Shown: positions 8,685 to 19,557, counted from the stretch's first letter. The stretch: 64,000 nt of DNA from an uncultured Planctomycetota bacterium (GCA_963752285.1 CAVVXN010000003.1:352001-416000), one strand, 5' to 3'. The notes: a model not told the origin generated them from the letters alone. Made by a program: numbers and translations.

Positions 8685-11600
8685 ATGATCGGTCGCCTCA
8701 TCGCCGCCTGCATCCGGAACAAGCTCCTGGTGCTGCTCCTGGCGTTCCTCGCGTTCGCGGGGGGCATCTACTCGGCCTACGCCATCAAGCTCGACGCGAT
8801 CCCGGACCTCTCCGACGTCCAGGTGATCGTCTTGACGGAGTACCCCGGCCAGGCGCCGCAGGTGGTCGAGGACCAGGTCACGTACCCGTTGACCACGGCG
8901 ATGCTCGCCGTGCCGTACGCGAAGGTCGTTCGCGGTTACTCGTTCTTCGGTCTGTCGTTCGTCTACGTGATCTTCGAGGACGGGACGGACCTCTACTGGG
9001 CCCGTTCGCGCGTGCTGGAGTACCTGAACTTCGCACGCGGGAGGCTCCCCCCGGGCGTCACGCCGTCGCTGGGCCCGGACGCCACGGGCGTCGGCTGGGT
9101 CTACGAGTACAGCCTCGCGAACGGCTACTACTGTCCCGAGCACCCCCGCGGGATCTGGCACGACCCCGACGAGGACCGCTGGTACGAGAAGAAGGAAGAG
9201 GCGCCGCCGCGCCGTCAGGACGCTCTCCGGCGGGTGCGGGTGTTCGACGAGCCGGGCGTCTGCCCGCTCGACGGGAAGACCGAGCTCCGCCTGGCCCAGT
9301 ACGACCTCTCGGAGCTGAGGAGCCTCGAGGACTGGTACCTGCGCTACGAGCTGACCTCGGTGCCCGGCGTCTCGGAGGTGGCCTCGATCGGGGGCTTCGT
9401 CCGCCAGTACCAGGTCGTGGTGGACCCCGACAAGCTCCTCGCCTACGGGATCCCGCTCGGCAAGGTCAGGTCGGCGATCCAGAGCTCCAACAACGACGTG
9501 GGCGGCCGACTCCTCGAGCAGTCCGAGACCGAGTTCATGGTCCGGGGGCGCGGCTACCTGGGCGAGCTCACGGACAGAGAGCGCGCGGAGGCGAAGAGGG
9601 AGGGCGTCCCCCTCACGCGCGTGCGAAAGCGACAGGTCGTCGAGGACCTGCGGCAGATCCCCCTCGGGGCCACGTCGGCGGGGACGCCGATCCTGCTCGG
9701 CGACGTCGCTACCGTGCAGGTCGGTCCGGAGCTCCGCCGCGGACTCGCGGAGCGCAACGGCGAGGGGGAGGTGGCGGGCGGCATCGTCGTCATGCGCTTC
9801 GGCGAGAACGCGCTGGAGGTGATCCGTCGCACGAAGGCGAAGATCCAGGACCTCGAGAACGGTCTCCCCGCCGGGGTGACGGTTCGGACCGACTACGACC
9901 GCTCCGACCTCATCGAGCGCGCCGTGGACACGCTCAAGGAGAAGCTCCTCGAGGAGATGCTGGTCGTCGCGCTCGTGTGCGTGATCTTCCTGCTCCACGT
10001 TCGCAGCGCGTTCGTCGCGGTGTTCGTCCTGCCGACGGGCGTGCTCGTGTCGCTGATCCTCATGAACCTCCTGGGCATCAACGCGAACATCATGAGCCTG
10101 GGCGGGATCGCGATCGCGATCGGCGTGATGGTCGACTCCTCGATCATCATGGTCGAGAACGCGCACAAGCACTACGAACGGGAGAAGGGCGAGCGGAGCC
10201 ACGAGCAGATCATCACGGACGCGGCGAAGGAGGTCGGGCCGAGCCTCTTCTTCTCCCTCCTCGTCATCACGGTCTCCTTCCTCCCCGTCTTCGTGCTCGG
10301 CGAGCAGTCGGGCCGGATGTTCAAGCCCCTCGCGTACACGAAGACCTTCGCGATGGCCACCGCGGCCCTGCTTGCCGTGACCATGATCCCCGTGCTCATG
10401 GTGTTCTTCGTTCGGCGCCACGCCCTTCCCCCGGCGATGGCTCGGCGCGTGCGGTTCCGCATCATCACGCTGGCCGCGGCGCTGCCGCTGCTGTTGCTCG
10501 CGGGGTGGGCGCTGCTCGTCCCCAAGGACCTGAGCTCGCCCACCACCCGCTGGCTGGTGGACCACTGGCCGCTCGTGGGCCTCTCTTGGGTCGCCTTCGC
10601 CGTCGTGCTCCTCCTCCCGCAGCGGATCCTCGCCGAGCAGAAGAGCCCCGTCTCCCACGTCCTGATCCGTCTCTACGAGCCGTTCTTCTGGCTGGCCCTG
10701 AAGGGGAAGTGGCTGACCCTCGGGATCGCCGTCGTTCTGATGGCGAGCATGATCTACCCCTTCTCCAAGCTCGGCAGCGAGTTCATGCCGCCGCTCGAGG
10801 AGGGCGACCTCCTCTACATGCCGACGACCGACCCGGGGATCAGTGTCACGAAGGCGCGCCAGATCCTGCAGCAGACCGACAAGCTGATCGCGACCTTCCC
10901 GGAGGTCCAGAACGTCTTCGGCAAGATCGGGCGGTCCGAGACGGCGACCGATCCCGCGCCGCTCTCGATGATCGAGACCACGATCACGCTGCATCGCGAC
11001 CCGTCCAAGTGGAGGACCAGGAAGGTGCCCGGCTTCCTCGGCCTCGGGGAGGTCGAGCGCCCCATCACGATCCAGGAGCTCACCTACGGCTGGCACGACC
11101 CGGACGGGACCCACCACGAGGGCCTGAACGACGTCGTCCACTTCCCCGGCCTCACGAACGCGTGGACGATGCCCATCAAGACCCGCATCGACATGCTCTC
11201 GACCGGCATCAAGACGCCCGTCGGGATCAAGATCATGGGAGAGGACCTCGGGCAGCTCGCGGACCTCGCCCAGCGCATCGCCAGCGAGGTGCGGACCATT
11301 CCCGGCACGGTCTCGGCCTATCCCGAGAAGACGGTCGGCGGCAACTACCTGGACTTCGACGTGGACCGCGAGAAAGCCGCCCGATACGGGCTGACCGTGG
11401 GACAGGTCCAGGACGTGATCATGTCGGCGATGGGCGGGATGAACCTCACGACCACCGTCGAGGGGCTCGAGCGGTATCCGGTGAACCTCCGCTACATGCG
11501 CGAGCTCCGGGACAACCTCCCCGCGCTCGAGCGCACGCTGGTCTCCACGCCGGGCGGGGCACAGGTCCCGCTCGCCCAGGTCGCGAACGTCCGGATCCAC

Positions 11601-12368
11601 AAGGGCCCCCCGGCGATCAAGAGCGAGAACGCGCGCAAGACCGCGTGGATCTACGTGGACCTCTCCACGTCCGACATCGGGGGCTGGGTGGAGAAGGCGA
11701 AGCGGGTCGTCGCCGAGCACGTCGCGATGCCCTCGGGCTACACGCTCGCGTGGTCCGGGCAGTACGAGTACATGCAGGCCGCCACGAAGCGCCTCCGGCT
11801 GATCATCCCCATCACCCTCCTCCTGATCGTGCTCCTCCTCTACGCTTCCACGCGGAGCTGGTTCAGGACCGCGGTGGTGCTTCTCGCCGTTCCGTTCAGC
11901 CTCGTCGGCGCGATGTGGTTCCTCTACTTCTCGGGCTACAACCTCTCGCTGGCGGTCTGGGTGGGCATCATCGCCCTCGCGGGGCTCGACGCGGAGACCG
12001 GCGTCGTCATGCTGCTCTACCTCGACACCTCGTTCGAGCGATTCCGCAAGGAGGGGCGCATGCGCGATCGCGCCGACCTCCGTGCCGCGATCCACGACGG
12101 CGCGGTGAAGCGGATCCGCCCCAAGACCATGACGGTGGCCACGACCACGATCGGCCTGCTCCCGATCATGTTCGGGACGAGCGCCGGCTCGGACGTCATG
12201 AAGCGGATGGCCGCTCCGATGGTCGGGGGCCTCGTCACGAGCTTCCTGATGGAGCTCCTCGTCTACCCCGTCATCTTCCTCGTCGGGAAGGACATCCAGA
12301 TGCGCCTCGCCGCCCGGAGGGCCTCGCGGGCCGAGGCGTCGTCCCCGACCGCCCCGGAGTCTCGATGA
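8685..12368 (+). CDS. cusA: CusA-type Cu(I)/Ag(I) RND efflux permease with insertions
   Basis: [43 protein letters not shown] and [10 protein letters not shown]. Met triad equivalents in [16 protein letters not shown] and RIDMLSTG. Confidence 0.93.
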   Translation: MIGRLIAACIRNKLLVLLLAFLAFAGGIYSAYAIKLDAIPDLSDVQVIVLTEYPGQAPQVVEDQVTYPLTTAMLAVPYAKVVRGYSFFGLSFVYVIFEDGTDLYWARSRVLEYLNFARGRLPPGVTPSLGPDATGVGWVYEYSLANGYYCPEHPRGIWHDPDEDRWYEKKEEAPPRRQDALRRVRVFDEPGVCPLDGKTELRLAQYDLSELRSLEDWYLRYELTSVPGVSEVASIGGFVRQYQVVVDPDKLLAYGIPLGKVRSAIQSSNNDVGGRLLEQSETEFMVRGRGYLGELTDRERAEAKREGVPLTRVRKRQVVEDLRQIPLGATSAGTPILLGDVATVQVGPELRRGLAERNGEGEVAGGIVVMRFGENALEVIRRTKAKIQDLENGLPAGVTVRTDYDRSDLIERAVDTLKEKLLEEMLVVALVCVIFLLHVRSAFVAVFVLPTGVLVSLILMNLLGINANIMSLGGIAIAIGVMVDSSIIMVENAHKHYEREKGERSHEQIITDAAKEVGPSLFFSLLVITVSFLPVFVLGEQSGRMFKPLAYTKTFAMATAALLAVTMIPVLMVFFVRRHALPPAMARRVRFRIITLAAALPLLLLAGWALLVPKDLSSPTTRWLVDHWPLVGLSWVAFAVVLLLPQRILAEQKSPVSHVLIRLYEPFFWLALKGKWLTLGIAVVLMASMIYPFSKLGSEFMPPLEEGDLLYMPTTDPGISVTKARQILQQTDKLIATFPEVQNVFGKIGRSETATDPAPLSMIETTITLHRDPSKWRTRKVPGFLGLGEVERPITIQELTYGWHDPDGTHHEGLNDVVHFPGLTNAWTMPIKTRIDMLSTGIKTPVGIKIMGEDLGQLADLAQRIASEVRTIPGTVSAYPEKTVGGNYLDFDVDREKAARYGLTVGQVQDVIMSAMGGMNLTTTVEGLERYPVNLRYMRELRDNLPALERTLVSTPGGAQVPLAQVANVRIHKGPPAIKSENARKTAWIYVDLSTSDIGGWVEKAKRVVAEHVAMPSGYTLAWSGQYEYMQAATKRLRLIIPITLLLIVLLLYASTRSWFRTAVVLLAVPFSLVGAMWFLYFSGYNLSLAVWVGIIALAGLDAETGVVMLLYLDTSFERFRKEGRMRDRADLRAAIHDGAVKRIRPKTMTVATTTIGLLPIMFGTSAGSDVMKRMAAPMVGGLVTSFLMELLVYPVIFLVGKDIQMRLAARRASRAEASSPTAPESR

Positions 12369-14737
12369 GCGAATCCCCGACCCTTCCGATCGACCCGGTC
12401 TGCGGCATGACGGTCGATCCCGAACGCGCGCCCGCGCGCGAGCACGGCGGGCGGACCTGGCACTTCTGCTGCGAGGGATGCGCGAAGCGATTCGCAGAGG
12501 ACCCCGGGCGCTACCTCGCGCCGAAGTCGCCCGAGGCGCCGCCGCCGGAGGCCGCGGCGGCCGCCGACGCGACGTGGACCTGCCCGATGCACCCGGAGGT
12601 GAGGCAGGACCACCCGGGCGCGTGCCCCCTATGCGGCATGGCCCTCGAACGGAGCGTTCCGGCCTCGGAGAACGAGGAGGAGAGCGCCGAGCTCGTCGAC
12701 ATGCGGCGCCGCTTCTGGGCGAGCCTCGTGCTCACGATCCCCACGGTGTTCGTCGCGATGGGCGAGGCGCTTCCCGGCGTGGATCTCGCGTTCCTCGGTT
12801 CGCACGCGACCCGGAACGTGATCGAGGGCGTTCTCGCGACCCCCGTCGTGCTCTGGGGCGGCTGGCCGTTCTTCGTCCGGGCGATCGCCTCGCTCCGGAC
12901 CCGGAACCTCAACATGTTCACGCTGATCGGCCTCGGGACCGGCGTCGCGTGGACGTACAGCCTCGTCGCGACCCTGGCGCCGGGGATCTTCCCCCCGGCG
13001 TTCTACGGTCCGGGGGGAACGGTGGACGTCTACTTCGAGGCCGCGGCGGTGATCGTGACCCTCGTCCTCCTGGGCCAGGTGCTCGAGCTGCGAGCGCGCA
13101 GCTCGACGGGCGCGGCGATTCGCGCGCTCCTGGGCCTCGCGCCCAAGACGGCGCGCCGGATCGAAGACGGGAGCGAGCACGACGTCCCGCTCTACGACGT
13201 GCGCGTCGGCGACCGCCTCCGGATCCGGCCCGGCGAGAAGGTCCCCGTGGACGGCGAGGTGGTCGAGGGCAAGAGCGCCGTGGACGAGTCGATGGTGACC
13301 GGCGAGTCGATCCCCGTCGAGAAGGGCCCGGGCGATCGGTTGATCGGAGCGACGGTGAACGGCACGGGCTCCGTCGTGATGCGTGCGGACAAGATCGGCG
13401 CGGACACGCTGCTCGCCCAGATCGTCCGCATGGTGTCGGAGGCCCAGCGCAGCCGGGCGCCGATCCAGAGGCTCGCCGACGTGGCGGCCGGCTACTTCGT
13501 GCCGGTGGTGGTCGCGATCGCGGTGGTCACCTTCGTGGTCTGGGCCTCGTTCGGCCCGACCCCGAAGATGGCGCACGCGATCATCAACGCGGTCGCGGTG
13601 CTGATCATCGCCTGCCCGTGCGCGCTCGGCCTCGCGACGCCGATGTCGATCATGGTGGCGACGGGCCGGGGCGCCCAGCTCGGCGTGCTGTTCAAGAACG
13701 CCGAGGCGATCGAGGTCCTCCGACAGGTGGACACGCTCGTCGTGGACAAGACCGGAACGCTGACGGAGGGGAAGCCGCGGCTCGTCGCCGTCGAGCCCGA
13801 GGGATCGATCCGCGAGGAAGACCTCCTCGCGTGGGCGGCCGCCGTCGAGAAGGGGAGTGAGCACCCGCTCGCCGCGGCGATCGTCGAGGGCGCCCGGGAT
13901 CGGGGTGCGGCGTCGCTGGACGCCCGGGACTTCGAGTCGGTGACGGGGAAGGGCGCCGTCGCGGTCGTCTCCGGCCGCCGGGTCGCGCTCGGGAACGCGA
14001 GGCTCCTCGCGGACGAGGGGATCGACGTCGGCCCCCTCGCGGACCGCGCGGAGGCGCTCCGCCGCGAGGGGCGGACCGTGATGTTCGTCGCCGTGGACGG
14101 CCGGCCCGCGGGCCTCCTCGGCGTCGCAGACCCGGTCAAGGCGTCTACTCCGGACGCGATCCGGGCGCTGTGCGAGGAGGGCCTGCGCGTGGTCATGCTC
14201 ACCGGCGACAACCGGACGACCGCGGAGGCGGTGGCGAGGCGGCTCGGCATCGAGGACGTCCTGGCGGAGGTGCTGCCCGAGGACAAGGCGAAGGCCGTGC
14301 GGCGGCTCCAGGCCGAGGGAGCCGTGGTCGCGATGGCGGGCGACGGCGTGAACGACGCGCCCGCGCTCGCGGCGGCCCAGGTCGGGATCGCGATGGGGAC
14401 GGGGACCGACGTCGCGATGGAGAGCGCGGGCGTGACGCTCGTCAAGGGCGACCTCCAGGGCATCGTCCGCGCACGCCGGCTCAGTCGCGCGACGATGCGG
14501 AACATCCGCCAGAACCTGCTCTTCGCGTTCGTCTACAACTCGCTCGGCGTCCCCGTCGCCGCCGGGGTCCTCTACCCCGTCTTCGGCCTCCTGTTGAGCC
14601 CGATCATCGCCGCCGCGGCCATGAGCCTGAGCTCGGTCTCGGTGGTAGCCAACGCACTCCGCCTCAAAACGACTCCCGACCCAGATTTTCGAGCAAAACG
14701 ACTCCCGACCCAGATTTTCGAGGAGACCACCCGATGA
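12365..14737 (+). CDS. copA: Cu(I)-translocating P1B-type ATPase with N-terminal YHS and heavy-metal-binding domains
   Basis: ATG overlaps the cusA stop. IDPVCGM..FCCEGC (YHS), [45 protein letters not shown] and MSLSS. Confidence 0.93.
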   Translation: MSESPTLPIDPVCGMTVDPERAPAREHGGRTWHFCCEGCAKRFAEDPGRYLAPKSPEAPPPEAAAAADATWTCPMHPEVRQDHPGACPLCGMALERSVPASENEEESAELVDMRRRFWASLVLTIPTVFVAMGEALPGVDLAFLGSHATRNVIEGVLATPVVLWGGWPFFVRAIASLRTRNLNMFTLIGLGTGVAWTYSLVATLAPGIFPPAFYGPGGTVDVYFEAAAVIVTLVLLGQVLELRARSSTGAAIRALLGLAPKTARRIEDGSEHDVPLYDVRVGDRLRIRPGEKVPVDGEVVEGKSAVDESMVTGESIPVEKGPGDRLIGATVNGTGSVVMRADKIGADTLLAQIVRMVSEAQRSRAPIQRLADVAAGYFVPVVVAIAVVTFVVWASFGPTPKMAHAIINAVAVLIIACPCALGLATPMSIMVATGRGAQLGVLFKNAEAIEVLRQVDTLVVDKTGTLTEGKPRLVAVEPEGSIREEDLLAWAAAVEKGSEHPLAAAIVEGARDRGAASLDARDFESVTGKGAVAVVSGRRVALGNARLLADEGIDVGPLADRAEALRREGRTVMFVAVDGRPAGLLGVADPVKASTPDAIRALCEEGLRVVMLTGDNRTTAEAVARRLGIEDVLAEVLPEDKAKAVRRLQAEGAVVAMAGDGVNDAPALAAAQVGIAMGTGTDVAMESAGVTLVKGDLQGIVRARRLSRATMRNIRQNLLFAFVYNSLGVPVAAGVLYPVFGLLLSPIIAAAAMSLSSVSVVANALRLKTTPDPDFRAKRLPTQIFEETTR
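14665..14722. repeat. Perfect tandem 2 x 29-bp direct repeat in the 3' end of copA
   Basis: CAAAACGACTCCCGACCCAGATTTTCGAG at 14665-14693 and 14694-14722. Much more AT-rich than its surroundings. Confidence 0.92.
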
Positions 14738-15498
14738 GATTCGCCCTCTCGAGCGCGACGCTGGCCCTGGCGGCGGCCCTCCTGGCGCCGACCCTGGCGC
14801 GGGCCGGCGACCCGGCCCCCGACCCCCTGTCCGCCGCGCGGGAAGCCGCCGGCTCCGTGAACGGCCTCTGTCCGGTCACGGCCCGCCTCGTCACGGCCGA
14901 CGCCGGCACGGCGACGTACCGCGACGAGAAGATCGGGTTCGCGACGTCCGACGCGCGGTCCACGTTCGAGTCCGACCCCGTGCGCTACCTCGAAACCCTG
15001 CGCGCCGACCCGGCGCGGTACGGGTACGTCTCCCGGTGGCCGACCACCGATGCGCTCGTCCGCGCGAAGACGGACGCGGGGACGGCCAACGGCCTCTGCC
15101 CCGTGATGCACCGCCCCGTGAAGAAGAGCGGCGGCGTGGTCGAGGTCGAGGGCCAGAAGATCGGCTTCTGCTGCCCCGGCTGCGTCGGGAAGTTCCGGGC
15201 GGCGACGGGGACGTACCTCCGCGAGATGCGGGCCGACCCGACGGCGTACGCGTACGACCGCCCGGGGCCGACGAACGCCGAGCTGCGACAGGCGCGCGAG
15301 GCCGCGGGCACGGCGAACGGTCTGTGCCCCGTCATGAAGCGGCTCGTCACCGCACGCGGCGGCACCGTCGAGTACGAGGGCCAGAAGTTCGGTTTCTGCT
15401 GCCGCGGCTGCGTGCAGAAGTTCGAGGCCGACCCCGCGGCCTTCGTGAAGGCGATGCAGGCGGAGCCCGGGGTCTACGGCTACCTCCCGTCGCCCTGA
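14734..15498 (+). CDS. Secreted protein with three tandem YHS/TRASH-like repeats (candidate periplasmic metal-binding protein)
   Basis: SD GAGGAG and ATG overlapping the copA stop. Signal peptide ending ARA. Three NGLCPV repeats; repeats 2 and 3 carry GFCCxGC, repeat 1 is degenerate (GFATSDA). Confidence 0.82.
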   Translation: MRFALSSATLALAAALLAPTLARAGDPAPDPLSAAREAAGSVNGLCPVTARLVTADAGTATYRDEKIGFATSDARSTFESDPVRYLETLRADPARYGYVSRWPTTDALVRAKTDAGTANGLCPVMHRPVKKSGGVVEVEGQKIGFCCPGCVGKFRAATGTYLREMRADPTAYAYDRPGPTNAELRQAREAAGTANGLCPVMKRLVTARGGTVEYEGQKFGFCCRGCVQKFEADPAAFVKAMQAEPGVYGYLPSP

Positions 15499-15532
15499 CG
15501 GATCCCTCGCCTTCCTCGGGTACGCTCTCGCC

Positions 15533-16513
15533 GTGGTCCTCTCCGCCTCCACCCCCCTCACCGGCACCGACGCCTCGCACGCGAACGTCTCCGTCGCGAA
15601 GCTGAGCGTCCTGACCGCCTCCAGCCTCGGCGTCTTGAAGCTCGCGGCCGCGATCTTCACGGGCTCCCTCGCCGTCGTGGCGTCGCTCGTAGACTCGTTC
15701 ATGGACGTCATCGCGTCCTCCGTCAACTACCTGGCGGTCCGTGTCGCGGGCCGCCCCGCGGACGAGGACCACGCGTACGGCCACGGGAAGGCCGAGGGCC
15801 TGGCGGGCCTCGCGCAGTCCGTCGTGGTCGGCTTCTCGGGCTTCTTCCTCCTGGTCGAGGGCGTCCGTCGTCTCATCGCGGGCGAGGGGATCCAGCACGA
15901 GGAGCTCGGCATCGTGGTCATGGTGATCTCGACGATTGCCAGCGTGTGGATCACGTGGCGGCTCCGTCGCACCGCGCGGCGCACCGGATCCGTCGCCATC
16001 GCGGCCGACGCGGTCCACTACGCGAGCGACGTGTGGACGAACCTCGGCGTGCTGGTGGCCCTGCTCTCGATCCGGCTCCTCGGCTGGCAGTGGATCGACG
16101 GGGTCGTGGCCACGGCCGTCGCGTTCGTGGTCCTCGGCACCGCGGTCCGGGTGCTGATGCGATCGGCGGACGAGCTGATGGACAAGGGTCTTCCCGAGGA
16201 GCACGTGACCGACTTGATCGAGGCCGTGCAGCGGCGGGTCCCCGAGATGCGCGGCCTCCACGACATTCGCACGCGCAAGGCGGGGCCGAACATCTTCATG
16301 GACTGCCACGTGCAGTTCGACCGCGACCTCTCGTTCGTCGAGGCGCATCGGCTCTCGGAGCGCGTGCGGATCGCGATCGAGAAGGAGCGGCCCGGCGCGC
16401 TCGTGAACGTCCACGCGGACCCCTATCCGCTCCTTCCCACGGACCTCGACGACGACGGCGGCACCCACGCCGACGAGAGCCACGTCGCCGGGTCGTCCCG
16501 CCCGCCGGCATGA
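15533..16513 (+). CDS. Cation diffusion facilitator (FieF-like) transporter
   Basis: SLVDSFMD, PADEDHAYGHGKAEGLA, ADAVHYASD and C-terminal HADP. TACGCT box 6 nt upstream. Confidence 0.9.
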   Translation: MVLSASTPLTGTDASHANVSVAKLSVLTASSLGVLKLAAAIFTGSLAVVASLVDSFMDVIASSVNYLAVRVAGRPADEDHAYGHGKAEGLAGLAQSVVVGFSGFFLLVEGVRRLIAGEGIQHEELGIVVMVISTIASVWITWRLRRTARRTGSVAIAADAVHYASDVWTNLGVLVALLSIRLLGWQWIDGVVATAVAFVVLGTAVRVLMRSADELMDKGLPEEHVTDLIEAVQRRVPEMRGLHDIRTRKAGPNIFMDCHVQFDRDLSFVEAHRLSERVRIAIEKERPGALVNVHADPYPLLPTDLDDDGGTHADESHVAGSSRPPA

Positions 16514-17343
16514 CGGTCGAGGTCCGGGTCCTCGGCACCACGCAGGACGGCGGCGTGCCCCACGCCGGCTGCGCGTGCGCGACCTGCGCCGCGGCGCGGG
16601 ACGACCCCGGCGCGCGCCGTCTCGTGGCTTCGATCGCGGTGATCGGCGCGAGCGGCCGCGTCCTCGTGGTGGACGCGACGCCCGACCTCCCCCTCCAGGC
16701 CGCGCGGCTCGGTCGAGACCTCGGCCTCGCGGGTCCGCGCCTCGACGCGCTGCTCCTGACCCACGCCCACGTGGGCCACTACCTGGGCCTCGCGTTCCTC
16801 GGCCGCGAGGCGATGGACGCGAAAGGCCTCCCGATCCACGCGACCCCGCGCATGGCGTCGTTCCTCGCGGGGAACCGCCCGTGGAGTCACCTGGTGGACC
16901 GGGCAGAGGTCACCCTCGAGACGATCGCGCCCGGCACGCCGCTCCCCTTCGACGGCGTCGCGGTCGTCCCCTTCGCGTCACCCCACCGCGGCGAGGACAC
17001 GGACACCGTCGGCGTCGAGGTGGTCGGGCCTTCGCGCCGCCTCGTCTACCTGCCCGACACGGACCGCTGGACCGACGATCTCGTCCAGCGCGTGCGGGGC
17101 GCGGACGTGGCCCTCGTGGACGGCACCTTCTACGACGCGAACGAGCTCCCACGGCGCGAGGTCTCGTCCGTGCCCCATCCGCTCGTCCGCCAGAGCGTCG
17201 TGGCCCTCGCGGGCGCCCGCGGCAGGGTCCACTTCACGCACCTGAACCACACGAACCCGCTCATCGATCCTGCCCCCGCGCGCCGTCCGACGTTGCCCCC
17301 GGGCTTCGAGGTCCTCGCGGAGGGCGCGGTCTTCGCACTCTGA
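16510..17343 (+). CDS. MBL-fold metallo-hydrolase, PqqB-like
   Basis: VLGTTQDGGVPHAGCACATC, DATPDL, LTHAHVGHYLGL, VDGTFY and FTHLNHTNP. Confidence 0.85.
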   Translation: MTVEVRVLGTTQDGGVPHAGCACATCAAARDDPGARRLVASIAVIGASGRVLVVDATPDLPLQAARLGRDLGLAGPRLDALLLTHAHVGHYLGLAFLGREAMDAKGLPIHATPRMASFLAGNRPWSHLVDRAEVTLETIAPGTPLPFDGVAVVPFASPHRGEDTDTVGVEVVGPSRRLVYLPDTDRWTDDLVQRVRGADVALVDGTFYDANELPRREVSSVPHPLVRQSVVALAGARGRVHFTHLNHTNPLIDPAPARRPTLPPGFEVLAEGAVFAL

Positions 17344-17371
17344 CCGGGCGCCCCGCGCGAAGGGCCGAGCC

Positions 17372-18574
17372 TCAGAGGGGCGCGCCGCAGCGGAGGCAGC
17401 TCTGGACGCGTCCCTGGAGCTCGGGCGGGATCTTGAGCGTCGCGCCGCACGTGGCGCAGTGGACCTTCTGGTAGCCCGCGCCCGCGAGGTACGCATCGGA
17501 GGCCTCGCGCAGGCGCGCCGGCTCGGACGGGGCATCGCCCGACGCGGCCGGCCGGGCCTCGGTCTCGGCGGCGTCCGCGAGCGAGCCCGTGCCGACCACG
17601 TGGTCCTTCTTCCCCTGGACCCGTCGCCACGCTTCGTCGTACGCGCGCGGGTCCGCTCGGCCGCCCATGCTGCGCAGGATCCGGATCCGCTTCTCGAGGG
17701 GCGGGTGGGTCGCGAAGGCCTCCGACAAGCTGCGGTGCTCGCCCTGCTTCAGCGGCCGGACGATGTACATCGGCGCCGTGACGCGGCTCTGGTCGGCCTG
17801 GGGGACCGACGCGCCGCCGAGCTTCTCGAGGGCGGACGCGAGTCCCTCCGGGTACCGCGTGAACATGGCCGAGGAGGCGTCCGCGAGGTACTCGCGGCGG
17901 CGCGAGAGCGCGAGGTAGATGAGCTGCGCGAGGATGGGGGCGAGGATCAGCAACAGAACGGACACGATCATCATCACGGCCTGCGCGCCACCCCCGCCGC
18001 TGTCCCGGGAGCGCCGAGACCCGCCCGTCCACCAGAGCGCGCGAAGCCCCACCTCGGCCAGGAGCACGATCGCCCCGGCCATGATGCCGGCCGTCGTCAT
18101 CAGCGCGACGTCCCGGTTCTTCACGTGACCGATCTCGTGGCCGATCACGCCCTGGAGCTCGTCGCGGTTCATGCGCTTCAAGAGCCCGATCGTCACGGCG
18201 ACGGCCGCCCGGTCCGGGTCCCGGCCCACCGCGAAGGCGTTGGGCGACGGGTCGTCCACGATGAACACGCGCGGCATCTGGCCGAGATTGGCCGCGATCG
18301 TCATCTCCTCGACGACGTTGAAGAGCTGTGGATGGTCCGCCTTCTGGATCTCCTTCGCGCCGGCCATCTGGAGCAGGATGTCGTCGCCCGAGCTCCGCAT
18401 CACGATCCACTGGACGAGCCAGAGCCCGAACGCGATGCCGCCGCCCCAGAGGATGCCCTGCCGCGTCCCGGCGAAGGTCGCGCCCAGCGCCATCCCCACG
18501 GCGACGAGCAGCACGCCCATCGCGGTCACCACGAAGACGCTGCGCCGCCGGTTCGATCGGATCTGGTCCCACAT
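17372..18574 (-). CDS. htpX: M48 family zinc metalloprotease HtpX with C-terminal Zn ribbon
   Basis: PNAFAVG, ELQGVIGHEIGH (HExxH), SRRREYLADA, LASALEKL and THPPLEKRI. C-terminal CATC..CLRC. Confidence 0.9.
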   Translation of the reverse strand: MWDQIRSNRRRSVFVVTAMGVLLVAVGMALGATFAGTRQGILWGGGIAFGLWLVQWIVMRSSGDDILLQMAGAKEIQKADHPQLFNVVEEMTIAANLGQMPRVFIVDDPSPNAFAVGRDPDRAAVAVTIGLLKRMNRDELQGVIGHEIGHVKNRDVALMTTAGIMAGAIVLLAEVGLRALWWTGGSRRSRDSGGGGAQAVMMIVSVLLLILAPILAQLIYLALSRRREYLADASSAMFTRYPEGLASALEKLGGASVPQADQSRVTAPMYIVRPLKQGEHRSLSEAFATHPPLEKRIRILRSMGGRADPRAYDEAWRRVQGKKDHVVGTGSLADAAETEARPAASGDAPSEPARLREASDAYLAGAGYQKVHCATCGATLKIPPELQGRVQSCLRCGAPL

Positions 18575-18583
18575 GGGAGGCGC

Positions 18584-19141
18584 TCAGCCCTGGCCGCCGA
18601 AGCCGACGGTGGGCACCGCGCGCTCCGAGACCAGCTCGACCCGGAAGAACTCGGCCCGGGGGAAGCCGCCCGCGATGAGGTTTGCGGGGAACACCTCCCG
18701 CGCGGTGTTGTAGCGCGTCGCCGCGTCGTTGTAGGCCTGTCTCGCGAACGCGATCTTGTTCTCCGTGCTGGTGAGCTCCTCCTGGAGGGCCAGGAAGTTC
18801 TGGTTGGCCTTGAGGTCCGGGTATGCCTCGACGAGCGCGAACACCCGTCCGAGCAGGGCGCCGAGCACGCCTTCGGCCGCCGACGCCTCCGCCGGGCCGT
18901 GGGCCGAGACCGCGGCGCTGCGCGCCTGGACCACCTGGTCCAGGACCTCGCGCTCGTGCTTCGCGTAGCCCTTCACCGTCTCGACGAGCGGAGGGATCAG
19001 GTCGTGGCGCCGCTTCAGCTGCACGTCGATCTGCGACCAGCCGTTGTCCTTCTCGTTCTTGAGGGCCACCAGGCGGTTGTAGATGGCCACAAACCACAGC
19101 ACGAGCAGGAGCGCGATCCCCAAGAGGATCCAGACGATCAT
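18584..19141 (-). CDS. lemA: LemA family protein
   Basis: N-terminal TM, YNRLV, WSQIDVQLKRRHDLIP and EAYPDLKANQNFLALQEELTSTENKIAFARQAYN. Confidence 0.95.
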   Translation of the reverse strand: MIVWILLGIALLLVLWFVAIYNRLVALKNEKDNGWSQIDVQLKRRHDLIPPLVETVKGYAKHEREVLDQVVQARSAAVSAHGPAEASAAEGVLGALLGRVFALVEAYPDLKANQNFLALQEELTSTENKIAFARQAYNDAATRYNTAREVFPANLIAGGFPRAEFFRVELVSERAVPTVGFGGQG

Positions 19142-19557
19142 CGCGTTCCCTCCTCGCGCGCCGGTGCGGAGAACCCGCCGAGGAAGCTCCGGATGCGGCG
19201 GAGCGGCGCGTCGTCCTCGCCGAGCGAGGCGGTGAGCAGCGCCTCCACCTCGCCGCGGTCGAACCACAGGCCGTGTCCGCGCCGGCAGCGGTCGAGCACG
19301 ACGGACTCGTCGTCCGGCCCGACGACCAGCTCCATCGGCGCCCGGCAACGCGGGCAACGTCGCCGGCGTCGCTGGTCCGCCTGCGCGTGGAGCTGCTCCT
19401 CGAGGTGCTCGAGCCCCTCGGGCGCGCCCGCGAGGTGGTAGAGCTGGCCGATCTCCTGCTTGTCGAACCAGAGCCCGTGCTTGGAGGGGCAGGCGTCGAG
19501 CTCGACGCCCTCGACCTCGACGATCACCATGGGCTCGCGGCAGGCGGGGCAGAGCAT
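19138..19557 (-). CDS. Double zf-TFIIB-like zinc-ribbon protein
   Basis: CPAC..ELDACPSKHGLWFD and CPRC..LDRCRRGHGLWFDRGE. SD GGAGG. Stop overlaps the lemA start. Confidence 0.82.
   Translation of the reverse strand: MLCPACREPMVIVEVEGVELDACPSKHGLWFDKQEIGQLYHLAGAPEGLEHLEEQLHAQADQRRRRRCPRCRAPMELVVGPDDESVVLDRCRRGHGLWFDRGEVEALLTASLGEDDAPLRRIRSFLGGFSAPAREEGTR

Noticed and set aside
6890..12364. Apparent 2615-aa ORF (6890-14737), and similar giant ORFs at 50787-55772, 25949-30160 and 58846-62850
   Set aside because: These are Arg/Gly/Pro-rich shadow frames of GC-rich genes. Only the terminal parts with real motifs (copA from 12365, the hydrolase from 27082) are genuine.
14665..14722. 29-bp repeat as a CRISPR array
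   Set aside because: Only two abutting copies, no spacer, and no cas genes.
3065..16513. Metal-resistance cluster as a mobile genomic island
   Set aside because: No integrase, transposase, flanking repeats or evident compositional shift.
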